In this document: positions 12,801 to 24,945 of the stretch, in pieces
Layout of the letters: each line of letters starts with the position of its first letter
How positions within the stretch are numbered: the first letter of the stretch is position 1
Origin: Torpedo marmorata
Lineage: Eukaryota
NCBI GenBank assembly: GCA_977017645.1
Contig: OZ360240.1
Span: 37,076,001-37,140,000 of the forward strand
Length of the DNA: 64,000 bases
Reading direction: 5' to 3'
The notes under the pieces: model-generated
Databases searched by the model: none
The model's input: only the letters and a program-made list of their open reading frames with translations
Told to the model about the DNA's origin: nothing
Translations under genes and position numbers: made by a program

Positions 12801-13517
12801 CCGACGGCTCCATACAAGCTTTAAACGGCCTGTTGAAAGAGCTGACGACGGTTTATTTTAAAATCCTGCGATCACAGGGTCTGGGCTCAAGATGGGGTTG
12901 CAGACTCCGGGGAAGCAGAGGACTGGTGCAAGGCACCAGAAAACAGGGAGACCACCCCCCATTTAAGAAGGAGAAGCAGAGGGGACGACCCTATGGGACA
13001 GTGACCACAATGGTGGACCAGCGAGGGGCTCTGCGGCTGAAGAACACACAGTCGATGGGCTGTTGGTGACTCGAGGCGAGGAAACCATGCAGGCAGCAGG
13101 CTGCTGGTGACTGTGGTCAAGGGACTCACACCAGGCTGCAGACTGCTGGAGACTGGCTGGAGACTGGCTGAAGGGGTACCAGGTATCGAAACCGAGATGC
13201 GAGAGGGAGCTGAAGGCGCTGAGGGCTTCCTGATTGTGTCAGAGTTTTGGATCTGGAGCTCGGGTTGCCGATGGTTTGGACTGAAGACTGTGTGGCTGCG
13301 GAGACTGTGGGAGCGCTGGAGGCGAATCTACAGTATGGGCACTCAGTGACACGGCGGAGCTCTCTTTTGCTTCTCTTTCTTGACTGTAAGGGGTGCCAGG
13401 CAATTTCTGCTGATGGCGAATCTTTGTCTGCCTTATGTTATGCCAAAGGAAATTTTGTGTAATATTACATTTTCTGTTTTATTACACATGGCAATAAAAG
13501 AATCTTGAATCTTGAAT
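12801..13517 (+). mobile_element. GC-rich non-coding retroposon with (ATCTTGA)n tail (copy 1)
   Basis: Homologous to 27527-28299 (-) and 47521-47877 (+). Ends GGCAATAAAAG(AATCTTG)2. No conserved ORF. Confidence 0.75.
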
Positions 13518-13519
13518 AT

Positions 13520-13765
13520 GATTGTGCTGATCTTCAATGGCCTCAACTCCTCTTCTGTACTAGTTCTGCATCATCGGGACCTTTCAAACTTTTATCTATC
13601 ACCATTTTAAATATATCTAATGATCTGGCTCAGGGGCAGTGAATTATAAAGTTCACTTCCCTCTGAGAGAAGAAATTTCCATGTACCTCAGCTTTAAATA
13701 AATGGACCCTTATTTATCAGCAATGTCCCCTTGTTAGTGATTCTCCCACCAGGAAAAATGGTTAC
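13520..13765 (-). mobile_element. Old CR1 3' remnant
   Basis: Similar to the CR1 at 5638-6210 (ccctctgagagaagaaatttcc...). Confidence 0.55.
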
Positions 13766-14131
13766 AGTATTTAGACGCTGAGCATCTAATCAACTGTGAC
13801 AGCCATGATGTTGATTTTCTGTATGTTTCAAGAAAATTACTTCTATCTAGTTTTATGGGCCAAAACTGCCAAATTACTAGAATAAAGTTAGCAAAGAGAG
13901 TAAATGTCTTCATGAACTTCACTTTTCTGTTGAAGCCAATTTGCTGCCTGATATTTTCAGAGGTTTTGGAATATCAGAACATAAGATGTGGTGAAAGTTG
14001 ATGTAACAATTCTGTTAATATTTTGACCAATATGCAGAATGTTTAAGCACAATTCAACATTTATTGTAAAAACTTTTGCCAGCAGCTCACAGGCAAAATA
14101 AAATTCAGCTCCCAGCTTTATCTGTCAGATA

Positions 14132-15290
14132 GTAAAAACACCGAAATGCTGGTCATTTCAGTATCTATAGGAGACAAAGATATATTGCTGACGTTTCGGG
14201 CCTGAGCCCTTCTTCAAGGAAAAATCAGGAAAGGCAGAAGCAGGATATATCAGAAAATCTCAGAATTCAAACAATGGGGGAGGAATCCGGACCAACAAAA
14301 GGTGTTAATTGGATGTGATAAGGGATTAGGTATAATTTATCATGTCTGTGCGAAGGGAGACAGGGAATGGAGAGACGACGGGAGAAGCAGGGGGTGGGGG
14401 AGGGTTTAACGAAAGCCAAAGAAGTTGATATTAATGCCATCCGGTTGGAGGGTGCCCAGTCGGAAGATGAGGTGTTGTTCCTCCAAGTTACGGGTGCTCT
14501 CAGTCTGGCAGTACATAAGACCATGGACAGATATGTCAGCAAGTGAATGGATGGAGAATTGAAATGGGTGGCCACTGGGAGATCCACGTTATTGTGGCGG
14601 ACAGAGCAGAGGTGCTCAACAAAGCGATCTCCCAGTCTGCGTCTAGTCTCTCCGATGTAGAGGAGACCACAGCGGGAGCACCAGATGCAGTAGACGGCCC
14701 CTGAAGATTCACAAGTGAAATGTTGCTTCACCTGGAAGGACTGTTTGGGGCCCCGAAAGGTGCTGAGGGAGGAGGTGTTGGCGCAAGTGGAGCATCTCCT
14801 GCAGTCACAAGGGTAGGTCCCAAGGGGAGATTGGTGGGGAGGGAGGAGTGGACAAGGGAGTCACGGAGGAAGCGGTCCCTGCGGAAGGCGGAGAGGGGAG
14901 GAGAGGGGAATATGTGTCTAGTGGTGGGATCACGTAGTAGGTGGCGGAAATGGCGGAGGAGGATGTGTTGGATGCGGAGGCTGGTGGGTTGGTAGGTGAG
15001 GATAAGAGGTATCCTGTCCTTGCTGCGCGTGGGGGCGGAGGGAGCCATGGCAGATGTGCGGGTAATAGAGGATATGCGGGTGAGTGCCGAGTTGATGGTG
15101 GTAAAGGGAAGGCATGTTGTTTGAAGAAGGAGGACATCTCTGATGATCTGGCATGGAACTCCTCATCCTGAGTGCAGATGCGACGGAGATGGAGAAATTG
15201 AGAGAATGGAATGGAATCCTTACAGGGGCAAGGTGGGAAAAGGTGTAGTCGAGGTAGCTGTGGGAGTTGGTGGGTTTATAGAAGATGTCT
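14132..15290 (-). mobile_element. Penelope-like element, 5'-truncated: RT thumb, GIY-YIG endonuclease and hammerhead-bearing 3' terminus
   Basis: Frameshifted pieces TDIFYKPTNSHSYLDY, DRIPLILTYQPTSLRIQHILLRHF...PLSAFRRDRFLRDSLVHS, and FTCESSGAVYCIWCSRCGLLYIGETRRRLGDRFVEHL (GIY-YIG). Flanking direct repeat TCTGTCAGATA at 14121-14131 and 15288-15298. Confidence 0.92.
14186..14220 (-). ncRNA. Minimal type I hammerhead ribozyme-like motif at the Penelope 3' end
   Basis: Minus strand reads cc-UUGAAGA-a-GGGCucagGCCC-GAAA-cg-UC. Core boxes and stem II are visible; stem I is weak. Confidence 0.55.
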
Positions 15291-15659
15291 GTCAGATAAA
15301 CAAGCAGACAATGAAAATGAATAGCCATTTCCCCTTTGATAGCTGCATTATCACCCGGTTAGATCCTGTGTAAACCAATGTACAGCCTACTCTGTATATT
15401 CTGTCCTCGGTCCATGAATTACACTGTACCTTTATGTTAATCTTGTGGCAGGGCTTACTTAGAATAGGATTGGCCTTGCTGAAAGTCTGAATGGGCCATG
15501 AATGGTGACCTTGCCTTCAGCAGTGAAACTGTTACTGGTGCTTAGGGCAGTGAAACCCAAGTCCTTAGTACCAATGACAGTTCATAGCTATCAAAAAGAA
15601 TTGTCACTTTATTTATATCCTGTATATATTATAGACATTTAGAAATTTTAAATGAAAAT

Positions 15660-15848
15660 AAATAGTTATTTTTATTTAAATTAATTTAAAGATATTTAAT
15701 TTAATTTTGATATACAGCACGGTAACAGGTCTTTTCGGCCCAGAACCTGTGCCGCCGAATTACACCCAATTGACCTACAACCCCGGTACGTCTTTTGAAG
15801 AGTCGGAGGAAACCGGAGCACCCGGAGGAAACCCACGCAGATATGGGA
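15660..15848 (-). mobile_element. V-SINE 3' part
   Basis: Matches 60327-60584. Confidence 0.8.
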
Positions 15849-17049
15849 AGAAATCTCCCAATGATTCGTTTTTGGATAACGATTTATGAATATTTTAAAT
15901 TCATTCTTTAAACACTCCTTGTAGCTACACTGATTCTGGGTTAATGCTTTAAAGCATATCTCCAACACGTTAATGATCCAGGGTAAATTAACAGTTTCAC
16001 CAAAATAGTGCAACCGGAAACCCAGTACCTTATTTCTTGTTGCAAGTCTTCCATTATACAGTAGGTACTGGAAGGAAGAAAATTGGGCTAGTATTTTTGT
16101 GAGCACCTATGTATAGAGGTTTTTAAATTTGTTGACCATGCAACTCATCTTATTTTGAATGTATTTTATTTCTTTGTATAGAATTTCACCGCTTTCTCAC
16201 TTAAAACATGACCATCCTCAATCACCAATACTTCTGTCACTCGGTGATTGCTACAGAAGACATTGCATGAAGTAGGGATATCACTCAAAGGCCCTTTTCT
16301 TTGCCCTGTTATAAATGAGATGTCGCTTTTGACACACTCCCCTCACAAACTGGTCCCAGCGCCTTCCTTTATTAAAGCATTTAACGAGTTACTTGTACTG
16401 CTTTCTGGAACAAACATTAATTTTAATGTGATTTACATAATGGTTGAGGTTTTCTTCCAAAAGTGGAATTGCAATTTTAATATAGTTCACTGAGCATGGA
16501 GGCATTGTTTAATTATTTCCTCATTCCTTTGAAATACATAATATTTAGAAGATATCACTGATCATTGTTAATACTCCCTGCCTGATGGATTAACCTCTGA
16601 GCATACTTCATTTAATAAATGTAATTTTCTGAGATCTTCTATGAGATTATTAATAAATGTCTTGGAAATGAATTCCTTGTTATAATGAAGCACTATATTT
16701 TAAAGCAGTATTTCTAAATAACTAAGTACATTTTCAGGCTTTGCTGAGGATATGTGTGCATTAGTATTCAAAAACTGTGTCTAGTCAAATTGCAGGGGAG
16801 TCTGTAGAACAATAACTAAACTCACATAAGCCTGAATGTCACAGCACCAAAACTTCAGAAATGTTAGATGCATATAATGAGAGCTTTGATAAAGTACAGC
16901 TGGTCTCGCAATGGCATGGATGAGAATTTTGACATGCTTGCAAGACAGACATGTGGAATGGGTTATTCTCATAACTTACACTGCAGTAAATTTAAGATTG
17001 CATAAACTTTCTGTCTAAATCACCAAGAAGATAAAATTCCCCCGAGGGA

Positions 17050-17540
17050 AAAAAGGAAATTTGGAGGAAGGTACACTGCATACACATTTCCCAGTTTGAG
17101 AAGCAATTAACAAGGCCAATCAAATGCTGACACTGTAAAAAACAAGTCAGAGGAAGTTGTGCTCAAAGAACAGGGTGGTCTGGTCACATCTTGAGTACTA
17201 ATGCCTCCAGTTCTGACCATAAAGAAGACATTCAAGACCTGGAGATTATTCAGGAGAGGATTGATTCTTCAGGTGACTGTGGTATGTGCAGCAATGCAAT
17301 TGAGTTGACAAGTGGATAACATCGAAGTATATATGGCATACAACGTAAAAATGTAGATTCAAGTAATGGCTTTAGACTCTATTGTGAGAATAGAACAAGT
17401 GAAAAAATATTCACCTTCACAAATTAGAATTTATGTTATGATTTTCTGCTCCATGCAGAGAGATCAAGTAGTGGCAAAAATCATCAAATAGTTAAAGGGT
17501 TAGATTGCATGATGGGTTTAATAGGACCTTTTAGAAGGAG
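17050..17540 (+). mobile_element. Highly degraded CR1 fragment
   Basis: ctggtcacatcttgagtac...cagttctg...aagaagacattcaagacctggag resembles the CR1 RPHLEY..QFW..KDI..LE region. Confidence 0.5.
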
Positions 17541-20321
17541 AAGTTAAGTTTAACAGCTTACTCGTGTATTTGCCTAGTAAGATGGAAATGTATCCTGGTA
17601 CTTCTGAAAAATGTTTTATAAATGCAAACTATTCTTTCCTGCTTTGCCGCATCTTCAAAGAGGAGAATGAAAAGTAATCACAGAGCTGGATTAAAGTATT
17701 TTTGAAGAAAGCCTTAACAACCTTCTTTAGCTTTGAAATTATGTTGTGCAAATATTGATACGAGAAAATTAACACATTGATTTGAAATTCATGTGTCCGC
17801 TAATTTATTTTAAATCAGTTAACATCTTAATTAAAGTGGTAGATAAAAAAGTTGTAAGAACATAAGAAGTGTTTATATATTGTTATTCACTCAATGTCAT
17901 TACAAAGACACTGACTGAATATTGTATTGCCTCTTATTACTCTTGTTGAATTTATTTGAGTTTCCTTAACTGAGAAGATGACATGTCTGCAACACAATCA
18001 TCAGGAATCTGGATTAGGAATCTCGTTTGCTTTTGCCACATTGGCTAATTTATTTACTGTCAGCACGAACAAGGAAGTTGCTAGCCATTAAATTTGTCAG
18101 ATTTATATGTTTGCTAAATGACAGAATTCCATTTTGTAAATATAAGATTGAGATTAAAATTCACAGAGTTTGTGTTCTCATGTCTTCTTCTGATGTGGAA
18201 ATAAATATTTGATCTCCACCTAAGTAGTTGTTTTACATATTAAATGGGCTTTCTTATTGAAATCATGCTACATGCATCTAAAGGAGAGTAAATGTCTGAT
18301 GCCTTCTTCATTCTATTTCTTTATGCAATAATTATTTTCCCCCTTCCATGCAATACAACTCCGATATGTGCTGCAACATCACTGTTAAAAATTAATGCCT
18401 AAAAGTTTTTACCATTAAAGCCGGAAGCTCTTCTTGTTAGACATCATGCACGATGAGTGCTCCCTCGTGAAATGCAAAGTAAAATCAATGTCAGGTTGGA
18501 CTAACTACTGTAATGCAGGTAATATTTCTTCAGACATCTCCGATTGGTGAATATGTTTGATTACAAGATCATGGCATACACAAAACAATCATGTAATTCC
18601 AATGTGCCAAACAACATTCCATTAACTCCTCTTGTTAGACTTCCTGATCCAGTAATATTTTTTCCGTTATCCAGGCTTTTTTGTAAAATGCATTTTGCCA
18701 GTCTGACGTGACAAACATTTTATTTATTGTATTATTTTAATCAATCTCCACTACACGATGAGCCATGTTAATTAATTAAATAATATATCAATTTGATTAT
18801 TGTAAATATTATTTGCAAAACAATATTCTAGGTCTCTTTGTATGTAAATCCCTTTAATAATGCACTTCACTCATGAATTCAGCATTCATGAGGTTTGCCG
18901 ACCTAAACTAATAGTTTAAATTGTGCATCAAAACAAGTTGATGGAGGTTGTTTCCACCAGGGAATCTTAATTCCTCTGTTTAATATCTGGTTATGGCCTG
19001 CATTAGCATCAATAGTGTACAATAGTACATATGTGTAATGACATACTTCAAATGTTCTATTTTTATTGTTCACTGAAGCATTTTTACTTCTAGTGTATCC
19101 ACATTGTGCAGTGAATGTCTTAGGTTTTTCCCTGTTTCAAGGTTACATTGTCTTACTATGGCAAAAGGATGAAGATCAGAAGGAAGGTAAAGGACTGAAG
19201 ATCAATGATAAGTTTAGAAAACTTATACAATAATGGTATAAGTATTGAAATAAAAGTACTAGTTCAGGAAAAAACAAATAATCACCAGGAATTAATTTGA
19301 AGTTGACTCAAGGTTTTGTTAATATCCATTCTTTGGACAGCAAAGATATTTTTTTGTTTATACATCTTGCCATATTTAATAGGCTTTGCTGATATTTATC
19401 CTTAAGATGTATATCTTTGAAGCTTGGTGATATATTAAGTTTGTGGATGTCCTTATTCCTGTTGATATTTAATATTCTATCTGCATATTCACTTGTCCAT
19501 CTATCTTGATAATTCCATTTTAAAATTTGAAGCACTTGTACAGATCTCTGATAACATCAGTGGAATTGTGTGCCTTTGCAATAATAATTTTACTTAACCA
19601 TGGTGCTTGTGCATCTTCCATAGGGAAATATAGTTGACCCCAGATAAACATATTTGAGAAACAAAGTAACTTTGCAAAGATCTAGGTTGGCTCCACAAAA
19701 CCATACAAGGCTAAAATTGTATCGTAGCTGTGAATCTGCACCAGCAATCCAACGATCAGGAGTTCAAATCACATGATGAGTTGTCATTTGCTTTGAATAA
19801 ATTAATTATTAAAAATGGTAAATCTGTTGTATAATTGAAATGTCCTTCTACTTGACCTAAATGTGTTGAAATACAAATTATTTTTCCTAATATGAAATCG
19901 TCACTAAATGTCATTTTTAATACTGTATTGGGAACATTTTATCAGTTGAAAATTATTTAGTGCAACAGTACATAGATATTCATGGAGAATATTGCTTATT
20001 TTCAATGAATATTGAGCTCGGCTAATCTATCCAAACTGTGATGATGCCATTTTCATCAAAGATAAAAACATTCCATGATAAAACATCACGAAATCATGGT
20101 AACTCATTAACCCCAAACCAGCTCTGCTGTTCATGTTATATGAAGAAGCCATGCTACAATATGAACTCTCAGGTAACAGCTATGGAAATGGAATTCTCAG
20201 TGCCCCCAAACAGCAGGATGAACCTATGTCTTTGTTACTTGCTAGTTCAGTCATGATCAAACATATATCAACAATTAATATGAACACACTAAAATCAGTG
20301 TATATTTTGGTCAATCATGTG

Positions 20322-20582
20322 GGGCGGCACGGTTGGCTTAGCGGTTAGCGCAATGCCTTTATAGCGCCAGCGATCGAGACCAGGGTTCAAATCCCGCGCT
20401 GTCTGTAAGGAGTTTGTACGTTCTCCCCGTGTCTGCGTGGGTTTTCCCCGGGGGCTCTGGTTTCCTCCTACTGTTCGAAATGTACTGGGGGTGTAAGTTA
20501 ATTGGGTGTAAATTTGGCGGCACAGGCTCGTGGGCCAAAATGGCCTGTTACTGTGCTGTATGTCTAAATTTAAAATTTTTAA
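20322..20582 (+). mobile_element. Full-length tRNA-derived V-SINE (HE1-like)
   Basis: Pol III A box TGGCTTAGCGG and B box GGTTCAAATCC. V-domain gtttgtacgttctccccgtgtctgcgtgggtttt. AT-rich tail. Confidence 0.88.
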
Positions 20583-20759
20583 AAATCGTTCATAGAGAAT
20601 GGAAAATAATTGGGACTATCATGATTTTGACTGAAATCATTGGCTAAGGTTTCATTTCCATCAATAAATTATTCCATGGAAAATCTTAGGTTAGATTGGG
20701 ATACTTCAATAACTTACACTGCACAGAAGAGAGTCAAAAGTGTCAAAAAATATCTAAAA

Positions 20760-21258
20760 CGGTGTTTCCCAACCAGTGGGCCACTGCAGTGTTCCATGTG
20801 GGCCACGGAGATTCCCCAACCCACTGAGGTCAGAGTGGGTCTGAGGTCATGTCCTGGTCCTCCCGGGTGACCTTGGGTGGGGTGACGAGCAATCGGCCAC
20901 TGAGGTCAGTGAGGTCAACTGGCCGTCTCTCAATATAAGCGGCTTGGCGCTCAGCACTCAGTCGCAGTTCCTATCAGACCAAGGATGTGGAAACTGGTGA
21001 AGAAACTTCAGGAACAGGGGTCTCATTAAAGTGGCTTGAGCTTTGATTTTGATTGGGAGTTTTTATGTTCAGTGTATGCTTGCAGTGTTTTTATTCTTTA
21101 AAAATGTTAAATAAAATACTTTGAATTTGATAATGATGTGTTTCTTACAGAGCTGCCTTTGACTTGAAAATATTGCTCAGTCATTGCCACGAGTGGGCCA
21201 TGGCATGTAAGGCCAGAAGCCAGGTGGGCCTTAGACTGAAAAAGGTTGAGAACCACCG
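20760..21258. mobile_element. Non-autonomous hAT (Charlie-like) element
   Basis: TIRs CGGTGTTTCCCAACC / GGTTGAGAACCACCG. 8-bp TSD ATCTAAAA (20752-20759) / ATCTAAAT (21259-21266). Confidence 0.85.
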
Positions 21259-23074
21259 ATCTAAATGAAAATACAAGGAAGTTGCCAATAGCATGATATG
21301 AAAGCGGAGATTGACATTGAAAGGAACAAATTAGCTAAACTATGGAATCGAGCATTTGCAAAATTAGCTGAGCAATGCCAGTGGAATTTTGTCTGGGGCT
21401 ACTGAACCCAGCAATGGGAGCAATTTTGATGCCACTTACCACTTCTCACCTTAGCTAATGATGGGATGATTTCAAGTTAAATTAAAAGAGTGATTTGACA
21501 ACAGAGCTTTTGAAGCTAGATGTCATCATTACCACTTCGCAATGTCATGAAAAAAGTACATTACTCCCACCAATTGTTTAATCATTTTAATCTTTAATTT
21601 TAATATGTTAGCCGTAGTTACAGGAGAGGAAATGAGTGTGTGAAAGAGCATATCTATAAGAATAGAGCTTCAGAGCAGTGAATAGAGGAGCTGACAATGC
21701 TATAAAAAGGTGATCAGAAAGTTAGCCTTGGACTCCAAAACTTTCTAAATATAATTTGGTTAAAATTAAGTTGCTATGACAACATTTCAAATAATTGCAT
21801 TTTAAAAACAAGCAATATTTTCTAGCTGAAAGCAATGTGACTATTTTGATAACTCAATATTAGTAAGTACCCTGCCTAAAAGTAGCAACTGTTAATTGCT
21901 GGCAGTGGAGGATACATTATCATAATAATTTGAACAGTTATAGTAATAATCCCAAATAAAACAGTTTTGCCCATACAGAATATTAGTATCTTTGATGTAC
22001 AGTTGACACCATATTATTTAAAAACACCAAATAGGAACAATTTCAATATAGTTCTCGATTTTCCACAATTTTAGGCAAATTAATCCCTTTACACAAAATA
22101 ATCTGATAAAAATTAGATTAAAAAGAACTACCAATCAGTAAACACCAATAACTAAAATCATTGTCTCTATCTTGATGGTGAAATATATTCACACACTGTC
22201 CAGAATCAAATGCTGTAGGCTGTCCTTCATTTGGAGCCAAACATTACAAATTCAAATCTTATTGTACAATTAATAAAGGTAAAGCATAAAGGTATCCCTT
22301 TGATAAACACATAAAATGTCTCATTAAATCAGTCTCTTCAGATCATTGTTTACCTTTGGAAAGCAAAGAAAGCAAATGTTTTGTGATGTGTGTGTGTGGT
22401 AACATTGCTCACATAACATGAAAGGAATGCGTGGCAAAGGCAACTTCAATGACAACATGATGGATGCAGTGAGTGATGAATTTCGTCACAAGGTCCAATT
22501 CAGGACAACTGAAATAAGTTCTGCAACTTCTTCAATAATTAGCAGTCATTCTGTGAAAAGGGGTACACTCAGTGGAATTTTCAACGTGTTTCCTATTGGG
22601 ATCATTTCTTGCCTTGGTACATCATTATCTGTCACTATGATTGATGATTAAGCTTGCTTATTTTTTTAGGGAACACTGTTCATAGACCAAGCAAGATAAT
22701 CACGAAACCCTCTATTATGTATAGTTACCTAATCTTCTTCAGAGCTTGTACTTAATAGTATTTTTAGTAATGTATGTTCAGGTCATGTTTTTATTGCAAA
22801 AGATCAGGAAAGTGATAAAGAGGATATGTAGTGCAAAAGACTGAAATTGCTATCTATGTTTTACTGATGAGAATAATGTTAGAAGTTTTCATCAACATAT
22901 TTATGAGTGAGTTAAAGAGGTCAATCTCCCAATGAAGTTATTATAATCTCTGAAAAAGGTATGAGCATTTAAATAAATATTCAGAAGAATGTAATATATT
23001 AATTCTATTGCAAACAGTAAAATTCGGAGGCAGCAAAACGAATTTATGATGTCTTTACAAACTGTCATAACATC

Positions 23075-23372
23075 AAAGTAAAAACACAATGCTTGAGAAC
23101 AGTGTACTTTATATAGCAAAGATAAAAACACATAACCAACGTTTCGGGCTTGAGCCCTTCATCAGGTATGAGCAAAATGTAGGCAGTCGCTCAAACAAAA
23201 TGGTGGGGGGAGGGTCAGGGAAGGAGCACAGTCCCACAGGCAGGAGGTAATAGGTGGATAAGGGAGGGAGGGCACACCAGCAAACAAGGGGAGAGGGAAA
23301 GGCTCTGTGAATGGAGAGGGAAGGGGGTGGAGAGCTGGAGGAAAGTCGACAGAGGGATGGGTAAGGGAAAAT
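23075..23372 (-). mobile_element. Penelope-derived 3' terminal fragment
   Basis: Purine-rich tract plus the same terminal module as 45895-46057 and 53628-53802. Confidence 0.8.
23131..23170 (-). ncRNA. Minimal type I hammerhead ribozyme motif (canonical core)
   Basis: Minus strand reads CAUAC-CUGAUGA-A-GGGC(UCAA)GCCC-GAAA-CG-UU-GGUUAUG. Both conserved boxes, a 4-bp stem II, a palindromic AACGUU in place of stem III and partly complementary stem I arms. Confidence 0.7.
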
Positions 23373-24945
23373 AGCTATTTTGGTTAAGAACTAAATATTG
23401 CAGTCCATAAGATGGCTCATTGTAACCCACAGCTAATGACTTTCATCCCTAAATAATAAAAAAATCTGATTACTTCACAAAATGATATGTAGACGCCATT
23501 CATCAGTAAGGTAGATGCCTCACATTCATCAGTAGAGTACATGACTCACATATTTAATGACATCAAAATGATCCCAATAGTACACCTGAATCAATTCATC
23601 ACTTTTAAATGGAGCATAATAATGATCCATAATAAAAATTGACCACTTCCCCAAACTCCATTCCCCTTGAATTATCCAATTTTTCACTTCCTGAGAGCCA
23701 CTAAATAAAGATTCACAATCTATATTTCAAAAATATCCCAGCATTAAACAGCTTGGTATTGATTAAAATCAACATGGTTCATCCGAGGAAGTGAAATTGA
23801 GCTGGCAATACACTTGTCTTTTTTTTTTACAGTAATTGCATGATTGAATACATTAAAACTTCCAGCTCCATGATGATGGAGACATACAATCCTTCATAGT
23901 TGATATTATTAGAATTCCACAAAGAAATGAGATCAATCAAACAAATCTGTAATATAATTTGAAGTCCTCCAAGAAGAAACACCATGTTGTGGAAAAATAT
24001 ATCAGTAATAGGTTTGCACTCAAGTGGTAAACTAAGCAGTTTATTAAAGTTTTGATAAACTCTATTTTTATTATCATTATCATACTTTATGTGAAAACCA
24101 GAGCAGCATTCTTTTATGGTAAGTTTCTTTATTGGAATAAAGTGGAACCAGATTTCCAGCAATCACAGTGTTTTCCTTTGGTAATTTTATATAATTAGTT
24201 CTCTTCTTCCCTTTCTACCACATCCTGATCAACCTTTTTTGTCTCATTTTGCACTGTCATCTTTTTCATCTCCTGAATTCCACCCCATCATATACCATCC
24301 TCCTGGCTTGTTCCTCTCTTGTCCCTTTCTCTGCATCTGCCATACACTTACTTTTATTTTTCCGTTCTGATAAAATGAGAATAACCTCAACATCTAACAC
24401 TACTTCTCTCTCCATAAATGCTGCCTGATTTGTTTCAGCATTTATATTTTGTATTTTAAAAAAACTAAACTGAACGAGACAAACTCCCAAATCAATTTTA
24501 GCAAATCCATCTTTACCATATAACTGCTGTTTTTTTCTCCATTCTTTTCTACTAATTTATAAATTTCAATGTAACGAATGTCAAATAATTTAATACTGTT
24601 ATCTTTCTGAAGCCTTTTTAAATGATTTTTGTTTTCACTAAACAAGATAAGTATTAACTGATTATTGGGGCTTAACAAGAGGTGTTGTGAATGTGGATTA
24701 ATCTACCTCTGCATACTCTGAAATCTTTCTTGTTATGCACATCTCCTGCATTGGATTGCACAGATTGATATCACAGTTGTTTCTGCATTATCTCTCTACC
24801 TGACAAACTCCAATGATGATTTTTCATGAAAATTGTAAAAGCTGTTGCTTTACCATTCCACAGAGCAAAAATATATTAGTCAAGTATGTGTCTGCATGTG
24901 GATATTTGTATGAAGACAATGTCATCCTAACAACCAAATCAATTA

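Noticed and set aside
19308-19535. 75-aa AT-rich ORF faintly like an L1 C-terminus
   Set aside because: Similarity too weak, with no tail or TSD.
20322-20400. tRNA gene (A and B boxes)
   Set aside because: It is the tRNA-derived head of a V-SINE with no cloverleaf. The same applies to 60500-60584 and 62571-62630.
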